The notes: generated by a model not told the origin, from the letters alone. DNA of 64,000 nucleotides from Bradymonadia bacterium (GCA_046290225.1 JBKAGE010000034.1:128001-192000), one strand, 5' to 3'. Shown: positions 10,965 through 21,008, numbered from the stretch's first letter. Numbers and translations are program-made.

Positions 10965-11437
10965 CCGTGGATTTGCTGCGCCAGGTAGGTCTCGAGGCCC
11001 ACCTGCCCGATCAGCTCGAGCTGAGACTCGAGCCAGTCGATGTGCTCTTCCTCGCTCACGAGGATCTCGTCGAGGAGCACGCGGCTGCCTTCGTCGCTGT
11101 GCTCGCGGCACAGGGCGATGGCCTTTTGAAGACGGGGCACCGCCTCGTACTCGAACTGCAGGTCGAGTTCGAACTGCTCTTTCACCGTCTCGCCGATGTT
11201 CACCTTGCCCAGGCGCTGCACGTTGGGCACCCCGTTGAGGTAGAGGATGCGCTCGATGAGCCGCTCGGCGTGCTTCATCTCGTCGATGGACTCGTTGCGC
11301 ACGTAGGTGTGCAGCTTGGTGTAGCCCCAGTCTTCACACATCTTGGCGTGGATGAAGTACTGGTTGATGGCCGTGAGCTCGGCGGTGAGGATCTCGTTCA
11401 AGGCGTTGATGATCGCCTGATTGGCTGGGCGGGGCAT
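10961..11437 (-). CDS. bfr: Bacterioferritin
   Basis: [33 protein letters not shown] (heme Met and ferroxidase ligands), [13 protein letters not shown] upstream. Confidence 0.96.
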   Translation of the reverse strand: MPRPANQAIINALNEILTAELTAINQYFIHAKMCEDWGYTKLHTYVRNESIDEMKHAERLIERILYLNGVPNVQRLGKVNIGETVKEQFELDLQFEYEAVPRLQKAIALCREHSDEGSRVLLDEILVSEEEHIDWLESQLELIGQVGLETYLAQQIHG

Positions 11438-11515
11438 TTTCATCTCCAGATGGGGACTCAGGTTACGGCGAACACCATGCCAGAGTTGAGCACATTTGGC
11501 CACTAACCACGGGTT

Positions 11516-11555
11516 TTGAAAGCGCTTTTCGCTTGAAACCGACAATGGTTTTCAA
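11516..11555. promoter_or_regulatory. Two Fur-box-like sites upstream of bfr
   Basis: TTGAAAGCGCTTTTCGC (11516-11532) and, on the minus strand, TTGAAAACCATTGTCGG (11539-11555); resemble the deltaproteobacterial TGAAAATnATTTTCA-type motif. Confidence 0.55.
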
Positions 11556-11646
11556 GTGGGGTCCTACAGCAACTTGTCGGGCGGGATGTTCGAGGGGTCG
11601 TGGGGCGTGAGCAGACGGTCCGATCAAGGGCCGCTTCAGGGGCGGC

Positions 11647-11832
11647 TCAGGCTTCGCGCTCGGCCTCTGTGGAGCGGTGGTTACGGAGCATCTTGCGCAG
11701 CGCGGCTCGGCAGCGACCGCAGTCACCCCCAGCCCGGCAGTCCTGCTTGAGCCCTTCGAGATCGCTGATGCCCCGCTGTGCGGCTTCGCGGACCTTGCGA
11801 TCAGACACCCCTTCACAGACACAGATGATCAT
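11647..11832 (-). CDS. bfd: Bacterioferritin-associated [2Fe-2S] ferredoxin
   Basis: MIICVCEGVSD...CRAGGDCGRC (CxC...CxxC) directly upstream of bfr. Confidence 0.93.
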   Translation of the reverse strand: MIICVCEGVSDRKVREAAQRGISDLEGLKQDCRAGGDCGRCRAALRKMLRNHRSTEAEREA

Positions 11833-11902
11833 GCGCGCTCCCTGAAATCGACTGAGCCGTCATCACCAACATCGGCTCATCCACATCGACACCGTAGCCA
11901 AG

Positions 11903-11953
11903 TTGAAATCGCTTTTCAAACTCAATGAAAGCGATTTTGAAATTTCATTTCAT
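11903..11953. promoter_or_regulatory. Array of three Fur-box-like 17-mers upstream of bfd
   Basis: TTGAAATCGCTTTTCAA (11903-11919), ATGAAAGCGATTTTGAA (11925-11941), TTGAAATTTCATTTCAT (11937-11953) in an AT-rich patch. Confidence 0.7.
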
Positions 11954-12052
11954 CAAGGGGGGTTACCGAGGGGTGACTGCGATGCCCCCCTGGGTCGGCG
12001 GTGACCCACCAAGCCTGCTCTGAGTCAGTGGACCCAGTCAGTAGCTGTGGGT

Positions 12053-14305
12053 TCAGCGGGAAAGATCTGCCCCATCAGCGGGCAGCGTGCGCACGAGACG
12101 AAAGCCCAGATCGATCTGTGACTGAGTGGGTGGTACCCCGAACCGGTGCCCTGCCCGGACCGAGCGCCAGTCGGTGGAGATGGACCCGCCGCGGATGACG
12201 CGGAAATGATCACCGACGTTCTCCGGGCCCACAGGGTTCACCAAGGGTACGCTGGGATCATCGAACTGGTAGTCACCTGATCCCCAGTCGTAGGTCCACT
12301 CCCAGACGTTGCCTGACATGTCACAGACGCCCTGGTCGGTGAGGCCTTCGGCGAAGCTGCACACTTCGAAGTTTCGCTGCCGCCCACACCCGCCGAGACC
12401 CTCGGCGTTCATGGCGGCATAGATGCAGGTGGCCTCTTCGTTGCCCCAGGGGTACGAGATGTTCTTGCCGCCGCTCTTGGCCACATATTCCCACTCGGCT
12501 TCAGTGGGCACCCGGTAGCCCTCGCAGGCATACCCGTCGATCCATGCCGGTGCGGTCTGGGCGGCGGCGTCGTCGAAGTCGTAGGGCCGCGCCGGGTTGC
12601 CCTGAGGGGCGTAGCAATGGGGCAACCCCTCGTCGAGGGAGACCGCGTTGGCGAGGGCAAGCGTGTGATACCAGTCGACCCCTTCGATGGGGTAGCTGTC
12701 GAGATCACAGTCGGGATCGCTCGGGGGGCAGTCGATGTTCCCCGAAGGGTTGAACCCGGCGTACTGCACCCAGGCACGCTGCGTGAGCTCGGTCTTGAGC
12801 ATCATGAAAGGCTGCTCGAGAGAGACCAGGTGAGGGCTCTCCTGATCTGTGGACCCGGGCAGGCCGAGCGGGCTGCCACGGCGATAGGTGTCGGGGCCAA
12901 AGCACGCGTAGCTCCGGTGCAGACACTCACCACACTGCCCCTGACCGTCGACACCAGCGGCGCTGGCGTGGGCGCACAGGGTGGCTTTGTCGCCTTCGTC
13001 GAGGGTCACCGCAGCGCGGATGGCGTGATGGATACGGCACGGCACGTTGGGGCCATGCCTCAGGCCCGCAGGGGCTTCGGCTGCCATGAGCCTGCACGCT
13101 TGCTGACACCTGGACTCGTCGGCGTAGGTGTCGGGGCAGTGGGCTGCCGTGAGATCACAATACACATCGCACAAGGCGCCACAGACGCCGCCGCCGGCAG
13201 TGCCCGCAGCCTCACAGTGCCCCGCAGGATCACGGGCGGCGGCGAGGCCGTGGTACATGCGGCACTGGAGTGTGTGGCCCACCCTCAAGGCTGGAGCCTC
13301 TTCCAGGGTGCCGTCGAAGGGGAAGGTGTCGCAGGCAGACAGGCATGTCTCGAGGTTGCTGTGGGCGTTGGGGCAGTGTTGCAGCACTTCTTCGCAGTAT
13401 TCGGCGCAACTCACAGCGTTGAGCGGGCGACAGAAGCTCCCGCCCTCGGGGCCTGCGGCCTCACAATGGGTGGCGACGTCTGCCGCTGGGGCGGCGCCTG
13501 CGGTGGCTTCGATGGCCGCCTGCAGATGGTCGAGGCGACACTGCACCGTGTCCCCTGCCCCTTCTCCACTGCGCCCATTGTCGGCGAAGCCTGCACAGGT
13601 GGTCTCGCACTCGGCGCGATCTGTGTAGGTCCCACCACAGGCAGCGCCCTCGGCCATCATCAAATCGCAGTACACATCACATGCGCTGCCGCAGATGCCG
13701 CCGCCGTCGATACGGGCAGCGAGACAGTGCTGCTCTCTCGCTCCACGTGGGGCCAGACGCAGGTGCGTGTTCCGACACTGGACGGAGTGCCCCAGAGTGT
13801 CGCCTCTGGCGCCATCGGTGGGCAGAGCCGCGCAGGCGGTGAGGCAAGCAGCTTCGTCCAGGTCCCGACCACACACCTCTCGCTGACCAGCACACCACTC
13901 CGGGCATGCGTCGATCGGCTCGACACCCGCGTCAGCACAGGCGCACTGGCCGAAGGTGCCGTCTTCACCGCACGTCTGCATGGCATTGGTGCCATCAGGA
14001 CACGGGCAGGGCTGCATGATGCCCGAGGTACACCGAGGGCCATCAGGGCCCATGTCGGGCGGCGGCGCCATGTCGGGATCACCCGGGCCGGCGTCGGCTT
14101 CGGAGCAGACGCACTCACCGAGGCGGCCACCCTCGCACGTGGCTGTACCCGGCGGGCTCCCCTCACCGCAGCTGCACGGTTCAACCGCACCACTCTCGCA
14201 CTGTGACTCACCCCCCTGAACCGACACATCGCCGGTGCATGCCGCGAGCAGGCCCATCATCAAGACGGTGTGCGTGATGATGTTCGTGACGATGGCAGAC
14301 TTCAT
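12053..14305 (-). CDS. Lipoprotein with four Cys/His-rich repeats and C-terminal FGE-sulfatase (SUMF1)-fold domain
   Basis: LLAAC lipobox; RVPTEAEWEY, DMSGNVWEW, RVIRGGS, LGFRLVR; ATGA coupling with the upstream gene. Confidence 0.85.
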   Translation of the reverse strand: MKSAIVTNIITHTVLMMGLLAACTGDVSVQGGESQCESGAVEPCSCGEGSPPGTATCEGGRLGECVCSEADAGPGDPDMAPPPDMGPDGPRCTSGIMQPCPCPDGTNAMQTCGEDGTFGQCACADAGVEPIDACPEWCAGQREVCGRDLDEAACLTACAALPTDGARGDTLGHSVQCRNTHLRLAPRGAREQHCLAARIDGGGICGSACDVYCDLMMAEGAACGGTYTDRAECETTCAGFADNGRSGEGAGDTVQCRLDHLQAAIEATAGAAPAADVATHCEAAGPEGGSFCRPLNAVSCAEYCEEVLQHCPNAHSNLETCLSACDTFPFDGTLEEAPALRVGHTLQCRMYHGLAAARDPAGHCEAAGTAGGGVCGALCDVYCDLTAAHCPDTYADESRCQQACRLMAAEAPAGLRHGPNVPCRIHHAIRAAVTLDEGDKATLCAHASAAGVDGQGQCGECLHRSYACFGPDTYRRGSPLGLPGSTDQESPHLVSLEQPFMMLKTELTQRAWVQYAGFNPSGNIDCPPSDPDCDLDSYPIEGVDWYHTLALANAVSLDEGLPHCYAPQGNPARPYDFDDAAAQTAPAWIDGYACEGYRVPTEAEWEYVAKSGGKNISYPWGNEEATCIYAAMNAEGLGGCGRQRNFEVCSFAEGLTDQGVCDMSGNVWEWTYDWGSGDYQFDDPSVPLVNPVGPENVGDHFRVIRGGSISTDWRSVRAGHRFGVPPTQSQIDLGFRLVRTLPADGADLSR

Positions 14306-17300
14306 GGACATCCCATCGGACCCCGGAGGAAGTTGAGTTGGGTCTCGTTGACGCTGGGATCCGCGACCCACAGCAAGTTGAACCGCCGCTGACTCAAAAC
14401 CCCCACCGGTGTTGCGTTGTCATCCCCTGAAGAGGGGCCAAGATCGATCTGCTCCCCGAGCAGCTGCCCCTGGGCCATCCTGGAGAACATCATGCGACGA
14501 TCGCCCTCGCCGTTGACCGCGATCCACATCAGGGCGGTCTCTTGCGCGCCGTTGCTCCTGATGAGCGTTGGCTGCTCTGCCTGCTGAATGGTCTGGGTGA
14601 GGTTCTCGAGCTCGCCGACGAGGTTGCCCTCGAAGTCGAGGCGCCGACTGATCAGGATGGGGTTGCCCTGGCCGTTGTCCTGCCACACGACGGTGTAGCC
14701 GGTTTCGTCCACAGCCAGCGTAGAGGCCACAGCCTCGCTCTGAGAGTTGGACAGCTGAACCTGCTCGCCCACCTGCTGACCATCGGCGTCGAGCCGCTTG
14801 AAGAAGATCTGCGGTGTCAGAAGACCCTGACCCTCGGTCCAGGTCAGCGCATAACCGCCGTCAGGCGTCCGCACCACGTCGACATCCTGGGAGACGAGAT
14901 CGGTGTCCGTGACCAGCGTCTCGGGGCTTCTGGGGGTGCCATCGGCGTCGAGTCGCAGCATGTACAGGTTGATCTCGTTGTTGCGAGAGTCGTCCCAGAA
15001 AACGACATAGCCGTCACCGTCTTCGAGCAGTCGCGGCCGTACGGAACGGCCCTGAGCCACGGTGAGGCGCCGCTCCACGAGGAACACCTCCCCCTCGGCG
15101 GTGATGGTGTTGAAGTAGATCTCCCAGTTGTTCTCCCGGAAGTCGGCCCACACCACCGCGAACCCGCCGTGGGCGGCGATGATGTGCATGTCTTCCGGCG
15201 TCTGCGCACCGAGTGACATCCGCAAGTCGGCGGCGAGGGCCTGACCGTCGGTGCCGCGGAGACTGAAGTAGGGCTTGGGGCCGAAGGAGCGGTTGTCTAC
15301 CCACAGCATCCCCAGTCGCTCCACGTCACCGTCCTTCAGGTAGGCGATGGAGGGCGACTCGGCGCGGATGCTGCCGGGGCTCACAGCGAGGGGACCGACC
15401 TCGTTCACCGGCACCTCGTCCGTGGTGCCATCACAGTCATCGTCGAGGGCGTTGCACAGCTCCTCGCTCGCAGGCTGAACCACCTCACACCCCACGACAC
15501 CATCGACGCATATGGTACTGCCCGTGGCGCACACCCCGAGCTGCTCGGTGTCACAGAGGTTCCCCGTCTCTGGCTCCCCTTCGTCGAAGCGACCGTCACA
15601 GTCGTCGTCGAGGGTGTTGCACAGCTCGGGGATCGGCGCACTGGGCTGCTGGTCGCAGATCTCGACGACACCACTCTGATCGCAGGTGTAGCTGCCCACG
15701 ACCGCACACTCTCCGCGGCCGACGGCGCAGACGCGGCCGAGCAGGTCGAAGCCCTCGTCGATGGTGCCGTCGCAGTCATTGTCGGTGAAGTCACAGGTCT
15801 CTGCCGACGCCTCCACCTCCGGGGTGCACGCAACGACCCCCTGCACGCACCGCTCGATCCCGACGCTGCATGGCCCCACGAGATCGGTGATGCACACTTC
15901 GCCGCCGCCGGGGTTGCCCTCGTCGGCTGTGCCGTCGCAGTCATTGTCGGTGCCGTCGCACACCTCAGGGGTCTCCGAACGCTCGGGCACACACAGAATG
16001 ACCCCGCTCACACACTCACGGGTGCCGGTGCTGCACACGCCAGGCTGGCCAGTGATGCAGGCCTCGCCGCCAAAGTCTCCTTCATCGATGTTGCCATCGC
16101 AGTCGTTGTCGGCGCCGTCGCAACGCTCGACGTCACTCTCCACGGCCTGCTCGCACACAATGGCGGCGCCATTGCACACGCGACGCCCGGCACCGCACAC
16201 GCCGGGCAGGCCCGTTGAGCACACCTCACCGATGCCGGGCAGCCCCTCGTCTACAGCGCCATCGCAGTCATCATCGAGGGTGTTGCACAGCTCCTCGGCA
16301 CCATTGCGCTCGGAGACGCACATCTCCACCCCGCCGACGCAGCTCCGGATGCCAGGGCCACAGATGCCCATCTCGCCGGTCTCGCACGCTTCACCGATGC
16401 CAGGGAGATCATCATCGACCTCACCATCACAGTCGTTGTCCACCCCGTCACAGACCTCTGGAGAGGCCTGCTGCAGGGCTTCGCAGGTGAGAGCACCGCC
16501 TCCGCACCGCAAGCGGCCTTCGGCGCACACGCCGAGGGCCCCCGTGAAACACGCAGCACCACCTTGGGGATCCCCCTCGTCGGTCGAGCCGTCACAGTCA
16601 TCGTCCAGGCCGTTACAGGCTTCTGGCGCCGGACCATTGGTCCGCACACACACCAGGCCCCCTTCTGCACATGTCAGCGTGCCCGGCCGGCAGCGGCCGA
16701 GGCCCTCGGTCTCACACCCACCACCTGCATCGGGATTCCCATCGTCGATGAGGCCGTCACAGTCGTTGTCGATGGCGTCGCAAACCTCGGGCTCGGGCAG
16801 CCGCTGGCCCTCACAGGTGCCCCAACTGCCCCGCTGGCAGATCTGGCGACCCGGCAGACAAGGCCCCAGGCTCTCGGATCCCGACGGCCCCTCATAGCAA
16901 GCCCGGGACAGCTGACCGCCGGCCTGACCTTCGTCGATGCTGCCGTCGCAGTCGTCATCCTCGCCATTACACAACTCGGCGATGGGCCCTTCGAGGGATC
17001 GACACAAGGGAGCACCATCGACGCACTCACGAGCAAGGCCCTGTGCACACCGACCGGGCAAGCCCGTATCGCAGAGCGGGTCGAGAATGGAGGCGTTCTC
17101 GTCAGTGGTGCCGTCGCAGTCGTCGTCGAGGCCATTGCAGGTCTCGAAGGCATCTGGTCCACGGCGCCCGTCACACGGCCCCCAGCGGCCGTCTTCAGCA
17201 CACGTCCGGATGCCCGGCAGGCAGATGCCCACACGTTCACCAGGGCACCGCTCGGCCTGACCGGGGATACACCTGATCTCGGCATCGCCCATGTCGGGCA

Positions 17301-17484
17301 GATCGGCGTCGGCGGGATCCGCATCAGGGATCTCGACGTCGACGATCTCGGCATCTACTGGCTCCACGGCAGCATCCTCTGCCGGGGCAGTGTCTTCCGT
17401 GGTGCACGCGGAGATGAGGGTGAGGAGCATCACCAGCGCCAGAGCGCGTGGACGATGGGGGGCTGAAAGTTCCGGCATAGACAT
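14302..17484 (-). CDS. Large lipoprotein with 11 MopE-like CxxxD[DN]DCDG repeats and C-terminal beta-propeller-like domain
   Basis: LISAC lipobox; 11 repeats counted; C-terminus has repeated (F/Y)xVxWxDxR....IY blade-like units; start uncertain (17484/17478). Confidence 0.8.
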   Translation of the reverse strand: MSMPELSAPHRPRALALVMLLTLISACTTEDTAPAEDAAVEPVDAEIVDVEIPDADPADADLPDMGDAEIRCIPGQAERCPGERVGICLPGIRTCAEDGRWGPCDGRRGPDAFETCNGLDDDCDGTTDENASILDPLCDTGLPGRCAQGLARECVDGAPLCRSLEGPIAELCNGEDDDCDGSIDEGQAGGQLSRACYEGPSGSESLGPCLPGRQICQRGSWGTCEGQRLPEPEVCDAIDNDCDGLIDDGNPDAGGGCETEGLGRCRPGTLTCAEGGLVCVRTNGPAPEACNGLDDDCDGSTDEGDPQGGAACFTGALGVCAEGRLRCGGGALTCEALQQASPEVCDGVDNDCDGEVDDDLPGIGEACETGEMGICGPGIRSCVGGVEMCVSERNGAEELCNTLDDDCDGAVDEGLPGIGEVCSTGLPGVCGAGRRVCNGAAIVCEQAVESDVERCDGADNDCDGNIDEGDFGGEACITGQPGVCSTGTRECVSGVILCVPERSETPEVCDGTDNDCDGTADEGNPGGGEVCITDLVGPCSVGIERCVQGVVACTPEVEASAETCDFTDNDCDGTIDEGFDLLGRVCAVGRGECAVVGSYTCDQSGVVEICDQQPSAPIPELCNTLDDDCDGRFDEGEPETGNLCDTEQLGVCATGSTICVDGVVGCEVVQPASEELCNALDDDCDGTTDEVPVNEVGPLAVSPGSIRAESPSIAYLKDGDVERLGMLWVDNRSFGPKPYFSLRGTDGQALAADLRMSLGAQTPEDMHIIAAHGGFAVVWADFRENNWEIYFNTITAEGEVFLVERRLTVAQGRSVRPRLLEDGDGYVVFWDDSRNNEINLYMLRLDADGTPRSPETLVTDTDLVSQDVDVVRTPDGGYALTWTEGQGLLTPQIFFKRLDADGQQVGEQVQLSNSQSEAVASTLAVDETGYTVVWQDNGQGNPILISRRLDFEGNLVGELENLTQTIQQAEQPTLIRSNGAQETALMWIAVNGEGDRRMMFSRMAQGQLLGEQIDLGPSSGDDNATPVGVLSQRRFNLLWVADPSVNETQLNFLRGPMGCP

Positions 17485-17573
17485 GGGCTCAGGATAGAGG
17501 GAAGGCCGGGTGTTTTGCACGACGTCGCTGTACTCCCTGGCCCGAAGCCAGTTTGATGGCCGCCCGAGCACGC

Positions 17574-18740
17574 TCAGGCTGTCTCCTCATCGGCAACAAC
17601 CATCCGCACCTCCACCTCTGTCTGAATGGAGTCTCGGGGCAGCCGACGCACGCGATCGATGATCGAGCGATTCAGTTTGATGCCTCTGGGCAGAAGGGTC
17701 CGGCCGTCCTTGAGCCGCAGGTCGCTGGCCAGTGACATCCCAGGGGTGAGCTGGTCGAGCGTGAGGCGTTGTCGCCCTGCCTGCTCAGCCTCCACATGCT
17801 CAACGAAGGCCGAGAGCAGCTCGGTGGTGTACCGCCCCACCTTGCGTCTGAGGGTCTCGATGATGGCCTCTGGGGCCATACCCTGCTGCTGGAAGGCATC
17901 ATAATCGGCCACCAGCCTCAGACCCCGGCCCGCGGTCTCACACCTCGCGCTGATGGGCGCGGGGCTCTGCCCTTGCTGCTCGGGGGCCATGGCGCGGATG
18001 ATGTCAGCCACCTCCGAGAGTCGTGGAATGTCAGCGATGAGCATGCACGAGACCTCGGGAATGCGATCAATGGCACTCTGCTCAGGCATCGTGAGTTGTT
18101 CACCGGCGAGAAACTTTGCCAACACGGCCGGCGGACATGTGATGGCGCCCAGCTGAGAGAGCATGGCCGCGCTCTCAAGATCCACCCACTTGAGCTCGCC
18201 GAGTTCAGTTCTCACCCCCGACAAGAGACCCTTGATGCGGTTGCCACGACCAAAAGCCCCCGGCCGGGTGAGCGCGAGAATCCGTAAGAATGCTTTGATG
18301 CTGCCGTTGATCGAGGCACCGAACTCCTCCCGCATCGCCGCAGCAGAGCGATGATGCGTCACCGCATCTTCCAAGGTGCGGATCAGCACCTCGGGCTCAC
18401 AGGGCTTGTACAGAATGCGAAAGACGTCGACGTCGTTCACCGCCCGAGCCGTGGATTCGAGATCAGCCTGGCCCGTGAGCAGGATGCGGGTGGCCTCAGG
18501 CAAGATGTTCCGGGTGCGGGCGAGGTAATCCACCCCGCTCATGCCCGGCATGCGCAGATCGGATACAAGCACCTCGAAGCTGGCGTCTGCCTTGAGCACC
18601 TTGAGGCCAGCCATACCGCCTTGAGCCACGTGCACCTCGAAGTGTTTTCGAAGCATGTTCTTGAGCCCCTCGAGGACCCCCATCTCGTCGTCGACGCAGA
18701 GCACTTTGGCCTTGGGCCCACGAGATCGCTTACCTGCCAC
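17574..18740 (-). CDS. Response regulator with degenerate HD-GYP-like output domain
   Basis: Receiver motifs VDDE, SDLRMPG, LTG, YKP; LSQLG where HD-GYP has LHDIG; no GYP motif. Confidence 0.8.
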   Translation of the reverse strand: MAGKRSRGPKAKVLCVDDEMGVLEGLKNMLRKHFEVHVAQGGMAGLKVLKADASFEVLVSDLRMPGMSGVDYLARTRNILPEATRILLTGQADLESTARAVNDVDVFRILYKPCEPEVLIRTLEDAVTHHRSAAAMREEFGASINGSIKAFLRILALTRPGAFGRGNRIKGLLSGVRTELGELKWVDLESAAMLSQLGAITCPPAVLAKFLAGEQLTMPEQSAIDRIPEVSCMLIADIPRLSEVADIIRAMAPEQQGQSPAPISARCETAGRGLRLVADYDAFQQQGMAPEAIIETLRRKVGRYTTELLSAFVEHVEAEQAGRQRLTLDQLTPGMSLASDLRLKDGRTLLPRGIKLNRSIIDRVRRLPRDSIQTEVEVRMVVADEETA

Positions 18741-18765
18741 TCTGACGTGCCTCCCTGGCGGGGTC

Positions 18766-20769
18766 TCAACGGGGCTGGAGCGTCCTCACAAGGCGCACAG
18801 AGATGTCGGGCCCCACACTACCCGGATCAGTACCAAAGCGGTGCGCACACCGCAGGCTGTTGGCGTTGGTGTACCCCGACCCGCCTCGGAGCACCCGCAC
18901 ATGCTCATCGTAGGGGCCTTCCACCGCGGGGTCGAGAATCGCAACCTCAGGATCTGCGATCCCGCCAAAGTCCTCACGGCCCCAGTCGTAGGTCCACTCC
19001 CAGCCGTTGCCGCCCATGTCGCAGATGCCCTGGGGGGTGTTGCCCGAGGGCCTGCTGCACACCGGCCAGAGGCTGCGTCGCTCACAAGAGAGGTCATCGG
19101 GGTCCTCACCGAAGACCACACGCTCACACGAGGGCGCCTCGTTGCCCCAGGGATAGCGCACCCCCCTGCCCTGACCTCGAGCGGCATATTCCCACTCGGC
19201 CTCGGTGGGCAGCCGCCAGCCAGCGCAGTCGTACCCCTCTACCCACGCAGGGATCAGCTCGCGCTCAGCGTCGTTGAAGACGTAGGGCATCTCCATGTCC
19301 TCGGGAGACATGTAACAGGGCTGCAACCCCTCGCTCATGGAGAGCACATTGGCGAAGGCCAGGGCCCGGTACCAGGTCACCTGCTCCACGGGCAGCGCAG
19401 GGTCTTCGCAGTCCACCACCCCGTCAGCGCAGAGCAGTGCCGACGGGTTCAGCTCACCCAACGCATTCCACTCTGCCTGGGTCACCTCGGTGCGACGCAT
19501 CACGAAGGCACGGCTCAACTCGACTGCATGCAGGGGCTCCTGCTCCGACCGGCCGGGCTCGTCGATGGGGCTGCCCATATCGAAGGTACCAGGAGGCAGA
19601 CACACGTGATCTGCGGCGGGGCAGTCTCCGCAGCGCCCCTCGCCGTCGAGGCCTCCAGGCCGCGCGTGATCACACAAATTAATGTCGAGGTAGGCTCCGG
19701 CGGAGGCCCCATGGAACAGCCTGCACTCGGCGGTGTCACCATGGGCCATGCCCAGCACAGAGTCGGGTGTAAAGGCGCTGCAGGCCATGAGGCAGCTGGC
19801 TTCGTCAGGGTAGACGTCACCGCAATGGGCCGACATCAAGTCACAGTAGTTCTGGCACAGATCGCCGCAGATGCCGCCACCATCGAGGGCGGCGGCTCCA
19901 CAGGCATCTTCACCCATTTGAAGGGCGGCATTGAGCCGGCACTGCACCGAATTCCCCGTCGTCGCTTCTGCTTCTCCGTCGAGGGGTAACTGACTGCACA
20001 AACGCCGACACTGGATTTCATCAGCAAACTCACCGGGGCACCGCTCGGTCACAGTGGCGCAGTACGTTGCGCAGACATCTGCCCCGTCGAAACAGAAAGC
20101 GCCACCGTTGGGCCCCAGAGCACCACACGCACCAGCCTGCCCCGCAGCCTCGAGCCAGCTGCGCCGGCATGCCTGTGAGTTGCCGATCTCGTCGCCTTCG
20201 CTGCCCTCGGGCCAGCCCTCGCAGGCCGTGGCGCAGGCCTCGACGTCAGCCCAGCTCTCCGGACAGGCCTCGAGGATACCGGCGCACAACATGTCACAGG
20301 GGCCGGGCGGTCCAGCATCGGCGAGATCAGCGTCAGGGGCATCGGCATCCGGGCCCATGTCACCCGTGGCCCCACCTGCGCCACCTCCAGCGCCACCATC
20401 AGGCACTGGGCATTCACATGCATCAAAGGCCCCAGCCTCGTTGCACACCTGCTCCCCCATGGCATCGCCGGGGCACATGCACATCATCACCGCCCCCGGG
20501 GTGCAGTCGAGCACCTCGGCGTCGGGCTCGAGACCACCGTCGGTGTCGCCCCCGCACATGCACGCGCCATAAGCAGACATCTCGTTGCACGACTGCAGCC
20601 CCTCCGTGCCATCAGGGCATTCACAGGCAGCGGTGGTGCCTGGCATGCAGGCTGCGCCGCCCACCGTCGCAGTCTTCTCGTCGCAACCTCCGGCGGCCAT
20701 CAGGAGGATGGCCAGAGACATCAGGGTCCAACCCCCGTGGACTCTCGATCGTGGCTCACGTGCGCTCAT
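18766..20769 (-). CDS. Lipoprotein with three Cys-rich repeats and FGE-sulfatase-fold domain (paralog of 12053-14305)
   Basis: AGGC-DE lipobox; FDMGSP, TEVTQ, RLPTEAEWEYAARG, DMGGNGWEW, RVLRGGS. Confidence 0.85.
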   Translation of the reverse strand: MSAREPRSRVHGGWTLMSLAILLMAAGGCDEKTATVGGAACMPGTTAACECPDGTEGLQSCNEMSAYGACMCGGDTDGGLEPDAEVLDCTPGAVMMCMCPGDAMGEQVCNEAGAFDACECPVPDGGAGGGAGGATGDMGPDADAPDADLADAGPPGPCDMLCAGILEACPESWADVEACATACEGWPEGSEGDEIGNSQACRRSWLEAAGQAGACGALGPNGGAFCFDGADVCATYCATVTERCPGEFADEIQCRRLCSQLPLDGEAEATTGNSVQCRLNAALQMGEDACGAAALDGGGICGDLCQNYCDLMSAHCGDVYPDEASCLMACSAFTPDSVLGMAHGDTAECRLFHGASAGAYLDINLCDHARPGGLDGEGRCGDCPAADHVCLPPGTFDMGSPIDEPGRSEQEPLHAVELSRAFVMRRTEVTQAEWNALGELNPSALLCADGVVDCEDPALPVEQVTWYRALAFANVLSMSEGLQPCYMSPEDMEMPYVFNDAERELIPAWVEGYDCAGWRLPTEAEWEYAARGQGRGVRYPWGNEAPSCERVVFGEDPDDLSCERRSLWPVCSRPSGNTPQGICDMGGNGWEWTYDWGREDFGGIADPEVAILDPAVEGPYDEHVRVLRGGSGYTNANSLRCAHRFGTDPGSVGPDISVRLVRTLQPR

Positions 20770-21008
20770 CTGGGGACCTGCTCACTTCGAATGTTCGAAC
20801 GATGCGACCCACACAGGGTCTGCCGAATCGCTGCGGACAGTACAGAGATCCGGCGGTTGAGAGCCAGGATAGTTGAAAGGTCACCCAAAATGACACACCA
20901 AAGGTGTCCACACGTGGTGAATGGTGCGACATCGAGCACACAATTCTTTTCCCTCCCCTGCCCTTGCGCTACCGTGCTGTGCACCTCGACGACCCCCGGA
21001 GCGGTCCA

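Noticed and set aside
12053..20769. Diversity-generating retroelement targeting the FGE/CLec-fold C-termini
   Set aside because: No reverse transcriptase in the window and no near-identical template repeat differing only at adenines was seen
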